Of a stretch of DNA of 64,000 nt, positions 57,101 to 64,000 are shown in pieces. Position numbers and translations under genes: made by a program. Under the pieces are notes generated by a model, which did no database searches, was not told the origin of the DNA, and saw nothing but the letters and a program-made list of their open reading frames with translations. The DNA is from Motiliproteus sp. (lineage in GTDB: Bacteria > Pseudomonadota > Gammaproteobacteria > Pseudomonadales > Balneatricaceae), in contig JBLIEQ010000014.1 of NCBI GenBank assembly GCA_047633175.1, forward strand, positions 24,843 to 88,842, written 5' to 3'. Each line of letters begins with the position of its first letter. Within the stretch, counting starts at the first letter, position 1.

Positions 57101-58471
57101 ATGCCCCCTCATCAGCACTCTCATCTGCACTCTGAGCCTTCGGCCCCAGCTGCTACGCATACCCCAGCCCCTCGGCGCCTGATCCTGTCGCGTCGTTTCG
57201 GCCCGTTTTTCCTCAGCCAATTTCTGGGGGCGTTCAATGACAATCTTTTCAAGAACACCCTGATACTGATTTTTGTCTTCGAAGCAGCCGGTCAGGCGGC
57301 AGGAAAGATCGATCAACTCACCAACCTCGCCGCCGGACTCTTTATCCTGCCTTACCTGCTGTTCTCGGCCCTGGCAGGTCAACTTGCGGATCGCTTCGAG
57401 AAGTCACGCCTGATCACCCTGCTCAAAGCCCTTGAAGTGCTGCTGATGTCGCTGGCCGGTTACGCCCTGCTGCAGCATCAGGTCAGCCTGCTGCTGGCAC
57501 TGCTGTTCATGATGGCAACTCAATCGGCGCTATTCAGTCCGATTAAGCACTCGATCATCCCCCAGCACCTGCCATCCGCGCAATGGATGCCCGCTAACGG
57601 CCTTATCGAGGCTGGCACCTTTGCAGCTATCTTATCCGGCACGCTGGTGGCTGGGGTACTCTACCCACTCCAATACGGCACCGAAATACTGGTGGCGCTG
57701 CTCGGTTTTCAGGCGTTGTGCGGCTGGTTCAGCTCGCTCTTTATTCCCAAGACCCCGGTCAACCCCAGCCACCGAATTGATCTTCATCTTTGGCGCCAAA
57801 GCCGGAACCTGCTAGCTAGTGTCTGGCACGACAACCAACTCAGGCTATTGATGCTATTAATCTCCTGGTTCTGGTTTATCGGGGCCGCCTACCTCACCCA
57901 GATACCACACTATGCCGAAGCCAATCTGGGCGGCGGTAGCTACAGTGTCAGCTGGCTACTGTTTTTCTTTACCCTGGGAATAGGTGCCGGTTCCGCCCTT
58001 TGCCATAAAGCTAAACACGACCCTCTGGGACGCGACCTTATCCTGATCGGCCTGGCCGGACTGCTGCTGGCCGGACTCGATCTTTATTGGGCAACACCTG
58101 CCACTCCGTTGCCGGCTGGTGCAGGCCTGAGCGCGTTGCCAAGCCTTAGCAGTCTGAGAGTCACGCTGGATTTTGTGCTTATCGGGCTCTTTGGCGGACT
58201 CTACATCGTCCCGCTGTACACCCTGTTTCAAGCCCACACCAACGACGACAACCGAGCCCAGTGCTTCGCCGCCAATAATATTCTTAATGCCCTGCTAATG
58301 ATCGCCTCGGCGCTGGCGGGGGGCATCTTATTAGGTGTCGCCGGCTGGAGTATCCCCGCATTTTTTGTCCTCCTGGCCCTGCTCAACCTGATCCCTATCA
58401 TCGCTGTCCTTAAGTACAAATCCAGCTGGATAACGGCTTCGCGGCAACGCTTCAGAGCTAAGACTCCTTAA
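57101..58471 (+). CDS. MFS transporter, LplT-like (lysophospholipid transporter type)
   Basis: FFLSQFLGAFNDNLFKN... and 12 predicted TM segments. Confidence 0.75.
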   Translation: MPPHQHSHLHSEPSAPAATHTPAPRRLILSRRFGPFFLSQFLGAFNDNLFKNTLILIFVFEAAGQAAGKIDQLTNLAAGLFILPYLLFSALAGQLADRFEKSRLITLLKALEVLLMSLAGYALLQHQVSLLLALLFMMATQSALFSPIKHSIIPQHLPSAQWMPANGLIEAGTFAAILSGTLVAGVLYPLQYGTEILVALLGFQALCGWFSSLFIPKTPVNPSHRIDLHLWRQSRNLLASVWHDNQLRLLMLLISWFWFIGAAYLTQIPHYAEANLGGGSYSVSWLLFFFTLGIGAGSALCHKAKHDPLGRDLILIGLAGLLLAGLDLYWATPATPLPAGAGLSALPSLSSLRVTLDFVLIGLFGGLYIVPLYTLFQAHTNDDNRAQCFAANNILNALLMIASALAGGILLGVAGWSIPAFFVLLALLNLIPIIAVLKYKSSWITASRQRFRAKTP

Positions 58472-58667
58472 CCTGCGCTACCTATCCACCTATAAGCCAT
58501 TTATAACGCTAACCCCCGAAATAACAGCGACAGGAGGGATCACCGCGTGTCTCTTGGATGCGATACCGACCAGCATGGCTGACGACCCTTGCATCCGGCC
58601 CGGACCCCGTATTAGATTGTTCTATAATGACTGCGCAGCGGTGATGTGGAATATGGAGAAGGACGTA

Positions 58668-59078
58668 ATGGATTACGAGGAAGTTTTCGACCAGAGTTTC
58701 GAGCGCTGTCTGCACCGTAAGGTGTTGCCATCCTTCTTTCAATGCTTCTACAGTCGTTTTTTTGGGGCAGACCCGCGCATCGCCCAGGCATTCAGAAATA
58801 CCGAAATGGCCAGACAAGAGACCATGTTGGAGAAGTCGCTCTATCGCCTGCTGATGTTTTATACCACCAACAGCTCCGACGATTACATCGAGGCTATCGC
58901 GATTCGGCACAACCGCCATAACCTCGACATCTCCCCCGAGCTGTATGATCTATGGCTGGAAAAACTGCTGGTGACTGTCGCCGAGTTCGACCCGCTGTTT
59001 GACGACAGCATCGAACTGGCCTGGAAACTGGTGCTGGCCCCCGGCATAACCTATATGAAACACAAACATGCGCACTGA
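58668..59078 (+). CDS. globin-fold (protoglobin/sensor-globin-like) protein
   Basis: A 136 aa helical protein from ATG 58668 (GGAGAAGG upstream). FYSRFFGADPRIAQAF...IAIRH....LDISPELYDLWLEKLL matches the globin-domain pattern. Confidence 0.6.
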   Translation: MDYEEVFDQSFERCLHRKVLPSFFQCFYSRFFGADPRIAQAFRNTEMARQETMLEKSLYRLLMFYTTNSSDDYIEAIAIRHNRHNLDISPELYDLWLEKLLVTVAEFDPLFDDSIELAWKLVLAPGITYMKHKHAH

Positions 59079-59093
59079 TAAATCCTGAAAAGA

Positions 59094-59327
59094 CTAGGCC
59101 TCGGGAGCGGGCTTGCCTGATTTAGCGCTTTTGTTCTTTTTGTTCTTTTTCTGCTGCTTTTTTTTCTGCTTAAAGGCCCACAGCCCGCCCTTAACGACCC
59201 CCTTTTTTTCCAGCCCCAGCGCCCGGGTAAAACGATCCCGCAGCCGGTCGACTCTTTCCTCTTTACGCTGATTATCTTTAAGAAAGCGGACAGCGCTGAT
59301 ATCAACAACCTTATCTGTATCTGACAC
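59094..59327 (-). CDS. small lysine-rich hypothetical protein
   Basis: 77 aa with a C-terminal KQKKKQQKKNKKNK tract. No homolog recognised. Confidence 0.4.
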   Translation of the reverse strand: MSDTDKVVDISAVRFLKDNQRKEERVDRLRDRFTRALGLEKKGVVKGGLWAFKQKKKQQKKNKKNKSAKSGKPAPEA

Positions 59328-59449
59328 CTGTATTCACCTCCAGATATAAACAAGCAACGGCACGGTTTGCCAGCTTACCCCAGCCTGCTAAGCTGTCAAA
59401 TCTTTCCCGCATCCCGACAGCATCCGCCCCAGGAACCAGAGCCCTATCC

Positions 59450-62020
59450 ATGCCCGACCCTTACATTCTTCCATCCATACCTAAGCTTTCTATGCTTAAC
59501 AAGTCCGCGCCAGACAGCCTGGCCGCCCTGCCGATAGATGCGCTGCTGCCCGAACTCTGCCAGGCACTACGCCAGCATTCCTGCTGTGTGCTGCAGGCGT
59601 CTCCCGGTGCCGGCAAGACCACTCGTGTGCCTCCTGCACTGCTGGATCAGCCCTGGCTAAATGGCCAGAAGATCCTGATGCTGGAACCGCGCCGTATCGC
59701 AGCCCGCAGCGCCGCCGGTTTTATGGCCCGCGAACGCGGCGAGCAACCCGGGGGGACGATCGGCTATCGCTCACGCCTGGATACCAAGGTCGGCCCCAAC
59801 ACCCGGATCGAGGTCGTCACCGAGGGAATCCTGACCCGGATGCTGCAATCTGATCCTGCGCTGGAAGGCATCGGCTGCGTTATTTTTGATGAATTTCATG
59901 AACGTAATCTTCAGGCGGATCTGGGGCTGGCGCTGCTGCTACAGTCACAACAGCTGCTGCGTGACGAGCTGCGCATCCTAATCATGTCGGCGACCCTGGA
60001 ACCGCTGCCACTGCTCGAGCTGCTGGGTAAGGACTGCCCCATCATCAGCAGCGCCGGGCGCAGCTTTCCGGTTGAGACACACTATCTCGACGGCTCGCCC
60101 TCGCCCTTTGATCCCGAGCGAGTCGCCCGTGCCATCGAACAGGCGCTTCAGGGCGACGATGGTAGCCTGCTCTGCTTTCTGCCCGGCAGCGGCGAGATCC
60201 ATCGCACCCTGCAGGCACTCAGGAAACGCTCCCTGCCCGGGACCCCGGAACTGATTCCGCTCTATGGTGGCCTATCGGCCCAGCAGCAGGATCTGGCCAT
60301 CGCACCCAGCGCCGCGGGTCAGCGCAAGGTGGTACTGGCGACCTCCATCGCCGAGACCAGCCTGACCATCGACGGCATCAGCACCGTGGTCGATTGCGGC
60401 CTGATGCGCCTGCCCCGCTTCGATCCGCGTAGCGGTATGACCCGCCTCGAGACCCAGGTCGTCAGCGCCGCCTCGGCCGATCAGCGTCGCGGGCGCGCCG
60501 GCCGGTTGCGCCCCGGCCGCTGTTTCCGGCTCTGGTCCGGATCACTCCCGCTCAGCGCCCAGTCACCGGCCGAGATACTGCATGCCGACCTAGCCCCGCT
60601 GGTACTGGAGCTGGCGCACTGGGGCTGCAGCGCAGACGAGTTAAGCTGGCTCGATCCGCCACCACCCATCCATTTGCAACAGGCCCGGGAGCTGTTGCTG
60701 CAACTCGGCGCGCTGGATGCCTCTGGCGCACTCACGCCCAGCGGTAAGCAGTTGTCACAACTAGGCACGCATCCACGCCTGGGAACGATGATGCTGCACG
60801 CCAAACGCCTCGGCCTGGGCTGGCTGGGATGTCAGATCGCCGCGCTGCTGAGCGAACGCGATCCGCTCTCCAGTCGCGACCAGGGCGCCGATCTGCGGGC
60901 CCGCCTGCTGCAGCTGCAGCACGGTCGTAAAGAGCCACAGCTGCAACGCATCCGTGAGAGTGCCCGCCGCTGGAACCGGCAACTCCATACCGGCACCCAG
61001 CCCGGCCCTGACGACCCTTTTAACAGCACCGACAGTGCCGGGCTGCTGCTGGCGTTCGCCTTTCCTGACCGGATAGGGCAACGTCGCGGTGCTGACAGCC
61101 GCCAATACCTGCTCCGCAACGGCAAAGGCGCCGAGTTTCGTGACTATGATCGCCTCTGTGAATCCGCCTATCTGGTCTGCGCCGAACTCGACGGCCACGC
61201 CCGCAGCGCACGCATCTTTCTGGCCGCCGCGGTTGAGTTGGACCAGCTGCAGCAGCAGTTTACGGCCCAGCTGGTTCATAGAGACCAGATTGGCTGGAAT
61301 ACCAGCACCCAGTCGGTCCGCGGCCATCGCGAGTGCTGGCTGGGCAAGCTGCGCCTGCAGCACCACCCTATCAGTGAGCTGTCCGAGCAGCACTGTATCG
61401 ACGGCCTGCTGGACGGCATCCGTCAACTCGGACTCGACTGCCTGCCCTGGAACGACAACAGTCGCCGCCAGCAGCAACGCCTGGCACTGATGCGCCATCT
61501 GGAAACCCGGCAGACCTGGCCCGACCTGTCCGACAGCACGCTGCTAGCTACCCTGGAGCAGTGGCTGACTCCCTATCTGAGCGGCCTCAAACGTCTAGCC
61601 CAACTCAAGCGCCTTAACCTGAGCGAGATTCTGAACAGTCGCCTGAGCTGGGAGCAGCAGCAACAGCTCGAACGCCAGCTACCGCTGAGCATCCAGGTAC
61701 CCAGCGGCTCCAACATCCCCATCGATTACAGCAATCCGGAGCAGCCGGTATTGGCCGTGCGGTTGCAGGAGCTGTTTGGCTTACAACAGGGCCCCTCGCT
61801 GATCGATGGCAAGCTGCCCATAACCCTGCAGCTGTTATCACCGGCACGACGGCCGATCCAGGTCACCCAGGATCTGGCCAGCTTTTGGAATACGACCTAC
61901 CCCCAGGTCTGCAAAGATTTAAGAGGCCGTTACCCCAAGCATTTTTGGCCAGAAAATCCTCGCGAGGCCGTTGCCACCAGCGGCACCAAGAAAGCCATGG
62001 CCCGGCAGCAGAAGAGCTGA
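59450..62020 (+). CDS. hrpB: ATP-dependent RNA helicase HrpB (DEAH-box)
   Basis: ASPGAGKTT, DEFHER, SATL, TSIAETSLTI, QRRGRAGR and a C-terminal HrpB-specific domain. An alternative start lies at 59492. Confidence 0.92.
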   Translation: MPDPYILPSIPKLSMLNKSAPDSLAALPIDALLPELCQALRQHSCCVLQASPGAGKTTRVPPALLDQPWLNGQKILMLEPRRIAARSAAGFMARERGEQPGGTIGYRSRLDTKVGPNTRIEVVTEGILTRMLQSDPALEGIGCVIFDEFHERNLQADLGLALLLQSQQLLRDELRILIMSATLEPLPLLELLGKDCPIISSAGRSFPVETHYLDGSPSPFDPERVARAIEQALQGDDGSLLCFLPGSGEIHRTLQALRKRSLPGTPELIPLYGGLSAQQQDLAIAPSAAGQRKVVLATSIAETSLTIDGISTVVDCGLMRLPRFDPRSGMTRLETQVVSAASADQRRGRAGRLRPGRCFRLWSGSLPLSAQSPAEILHADLAPLVLELAHWGCSADELSWLDPPPPIHLQQARELLLQLGALDASGALTPSGKQLSQLGTHPRLGTMMLHAKRLGLGWLGCQIAALLSERDPLSSRDQGADLRARLLQLQHGRKEPQLQRIRESARRWNRQLHTGTQPGPDDPFNSTDSAGLLLAFAFPDRIGQRRGADSRQYLLRNGKGAEFRDYDRLCESAYLVCAELDGHARSARIFLAAAVELDQLQQQFTAQLVHRDQIGWNTSTQSVRGHRECWLGKLRLQHHPISELSEQHCIDGLLDGIRQLGLDCLPWNDNSRRQQQRLALMRHLETRQTWPDLSDSTLLATLEQWLTPYLSGLKRLAQLKRLNLSEILNSRLSWEQQQQLERQLPLSIQVPSGSNIPIDYSNPEQPVLAVRLQELFGLQQGPSLIDGKLPITLQLLSPARRPIQVTQDLASFWNTTYPQVCKDLRGRYPKHFWPENPREAVATSGTKKAMARQQKS

Positions 62021-62200
62021 GAGAGATGCTAAAATTACTCAAAAACACTGATCTGATTTTGATGTTCAACCGTATAAAGTTAAGGGATCGCATGCAGACT
62101 GGCAGTTTAAGGCTCCTGCAACAACGGCACATACCACGTCCCTGTGGGTCGGCTCCCACAACAGCACATCGCCGCTACATCAACCATAGCGAGTCAACAA

Positions 62201-62383
62201 ATGTTTTCAATCTTTAAAAAAGATCCTGCAAAAAAATTAAATAAGCTTTATGGCATTAAACTCGAACAAGCCATGCAGGCACAAAGAACTGGTGATATAC
62301 AAGGCTATTCTGATCTGACGGTTGAAGCCGACCTGCTCTATAAACAGATCCTAAAACTAGAGCAAGATTTAAATAAAAAATAG
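62201..62383 (+). CDS. small helical protein (recalled as Lacal_2735/DUF6435-like)
   Basis: MFSIFKKDPAKKLNKLYGIKLEQAMQAQRTGD..., 60 aa from ATG 62201. Confidence 0.5.
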   Translation: MFSIFKKDPAKKLNKLYGIKLEQAMQAQRTGDIQGYSDLTVEADLLYKQILKLEQDLNKK

Positions 62384-62430
62384 CACCTCAGTAGGCGGCG
62401 CACACAGCAGGTACCGCCGGCGAGAAAAAT

Positions 62431-62874
62431 TTAGCGGCTCCGATTCAACGGGGGGAGTTCACCGAATTTTAACGCGTACTTTTGCAACAGTTCAGATTCG
62501 GTTACTCGAGGCTCTGAACTAGCAACAAATTCTAAGAAAAGGTTTTTATAGGGGAAAATTACCGATATTTCGTGATTCTGCTTGTACCTAAAGCCACACT
62601 CATGTGATTCAGAGGTGTAGCTTGGGGAAATACTATTTTTTAGCTCAGCGACTCTGCATATAAACGAATTCGCTTGCCCAATATACAAAACCCCTTCGTC
62701 GTCTCTGGCCAGTAAACGACTGACGGGGACTGGATTAGATTCTTGAACATTCAAACACTTGAGAACATATACGCCGCCGTCTTCACCGTGACTCTCGTTT
62801 ATCTTGTGCCACACAGCTTCCGACGCGATGAAGAACTTATTCAATGACCGACTCCTTGGCGCTTCGCGATGCAA
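62431..62874 (-). CDS. hypothetical protein with a GIY-YIG-like motif pair
   Basis: GGVYVLKC ... GVLYIGQANSFICRVAELK. AT-rich context. Confidence 0.5.
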   Translation of the reverse strand: MHREAPRSRSLNKFFIASEAVWHKINESHGEDGGVYVLKCLNVQESNPVPVSRLLARDDEGVLYIGQANSFICRVAELKNSISPSYTSESHECGFRYKQNHEISVIFPYKNLFLEFVASSEPRVTESELLQKYALKFGELPPLNRSR

Positions 62875-63192
62875 TAAAAAAGTTGCGGTGTGGCTAACGT
62901 TGCAAACAGGCTGCGGCCAAAGAGAGCAAAAGACTGAGTGCTGTATATCCTTATTAGCATCCGGATCTCCCTAGTCAAAGCCTGTGATCGACATTACGGA
63001 TAACGACTTGGCACGTCAGCCACCTGAGCTATCGAACTATACCGCATAAATAACACTAGGTGATATTTAATCAATTTTGATAATTAGCCAAATCAACAGC
63101 GAGGGCGGCTTGGATAAACCCTGTCACTGTGGCACAGACCGGCAGATAACGCGCAATCGCTACCTTTTACCCGTCCTGACAGGCGACCGGGA

Positions 63193-63201
63193 GGGGGGGG
63201 G
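63193..63201 (+). repeat. G9 homopolymer in the upstream region of the substrate-binding protein gene
   Basis: Counted directly: GGGAG followed by nine G. Confidence 0.9.
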
Positions 63202-63308
63202 ATCGTCAAGAGACTGGTGGTCCTGCAGCTACGACCAAAGATCCTGCTACGCCCGACCCTGAAACTGTTATCATACCCATCTTAAGAGGAAGTAGAGGAT
63301 GAACCGGT

Positions 63309-64000
63309 ATGCTGTTCAAGCCATCCATATTCTGGGCCAGCTGTATTTTCCTGCTGCCCTGCCAGGCTTTTTCCGATCAAACCCAAGATCAGCCACGCCT
63401 GCAAGCGTCGCTTGCATCCCCACAAAAAGTCCCCATCAGCTGGATGTCGGAAGAGTACCCACCCTTTAACCACACCGATAGTCAGGGTCAAGCCCGTGGC
63501 CTGTCGGTGGAGATACTGGCTGCCATCTGGAAACAGGCCGGATTACCGAAACAGCCGATTGAGTTTTTACCCTGGGCGCGATCTTATACGCGGCTGCTGC
63601 GCACACCCGAGACCGCCCTATTTTCGATGACTTACACGCCTAAACGCGAACAACTGTTCCGCTTCGTCGGACCTATCGTCGCCACCCGTATAGTACTGCT
63701 GGCGCCACTTTCGGCGGGTCTGCATATTGCCGATGCCTCCGATATAGGTGCGCTACGTATCGGCGTAGTCAGGGATGATATAGGGGCGACACTGCTGTCT
63801 GATCTGGGCATTTCTGAGGACAGGATCGTCTACAGCAATCAGGCGGACAACCTCATTCAACTGCTCCACCGAGGGCGGGTGGATGCCATCGCCTACAGTC
63901 ACGGCGTCGCGGTGTGGAACATGCGCCAGGCGGGTATAGATCCCCGATTGTATGAAAGTATCTTTACACTGCTGCAGGGAGAACTCGGCTTCGCCTTTCA
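63309..64000 (+). CDS. periplasmic solute-binding protein, family 3 (amino-acid-ABC-type), partial; runs off the window
   Basis: My own translation is MLFKPSIFWASCIFLLPCQAFS..., with SWMSEEYPPFNH...GLSVEILAAIW...LPWARSY...F..SMTYTPKREQLF.FVGP. It is not in the ORF track because there is no stop in the window. GAGGA lies 9 nt upstream. Confidence 0.72.
   Translation, partial: MLFKPSIFWASCIFLLPCQAFSDQTQDQPRLQASLASPQKVPISWMSEEYPPFNHTDSQGQARGLSVEILAAIWKQAGLPKQPIEFLPWARSYTRLLRTPETALFSMTYTPKREQLFRFVGPIVATRIVLLAPLSAGLHIADASDIGALRIGVVRDDIGATLLSDLGISEDRIVYSNQADNLIQLLHRGRVDAIAYSHGVAVWNMRQAGIDPRLYESIFTLLQGELGFAF

Noticed and set aside
63014-63045. tRNA-like D-arm on the minus strand (TAGCTCAGGTGG)
   Set aside because: The downstream sequence does not close a D-stem (GACG instead of GAGC), and there is no anticodon arm, T-arm (GGTTCGA-type) or acceptor pairing. 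No cloverleaf can be drawn. At most it is a chance match or a very old fragment.
62880-63300. Possible riboswitch (cobalamin or c-di-GMP type) upstream of the solute-binding protein gene
   Set aside because: There are only vague resemblances (CACTGT..., AGACCGGCA), with no convincing B12 box or GEMM core. It is left as an unclassified structured region pending an Infernal scan.

Overview
Gene-dense chromosomal window from what looks like a marine gammaproteobacterium. The taxon is inferred from gene order: prfB-lysS, minCDE, rpsF-rpsR-membrane gene-rplI-dnaB, hemH-rlmB and adk. Most of the window is GC-rich housekeeping and catabolic genes. No rRNA, tRNA or CRISPR array could be supported. 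Three stretches are visibly AT-richer by eye and look accessory: about 17.3-25.4 kb, 27.7-28.6 kb and 62.0-63.3 kb.

The best candidate for an undescribed system is the 17.3-25.4 kb island. It carries a tightly coupled operon of three genes: a YkuD-fold enzyme (Csd6/YafK-like), a Csd4/Pgp1-like metallocarboxypeptidase, and an ExeA-like single-pass membrane AAA ATPase. A neighbouring TPR protein and a second ATPase paralog complete the set. Four of these five proteins end in the same NTF2-like C-terminal module. The island also holds a decayed mirror-image second copy of the operon next to an IS21-family remnant.

Other points worth a second look:
- A minimal MerR-type thiol-metal module with a textbook 19-bp-spacer promoter.
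- A DUF1302/DUF1329/BNR/RND envelope gene set split by a 2.5 kb two-gene insert. The insert is bracketed by two collinear copies of a ~147-nt block that starts at a -10 element.
- Two identical GATAAG-N5-CTTATC operators that link a LysR regulator to two operons of unknown substrate.
- Several intergenic short tandem repeats.

All homology statements come from reading the translations and from memory of the families. No searches were run.
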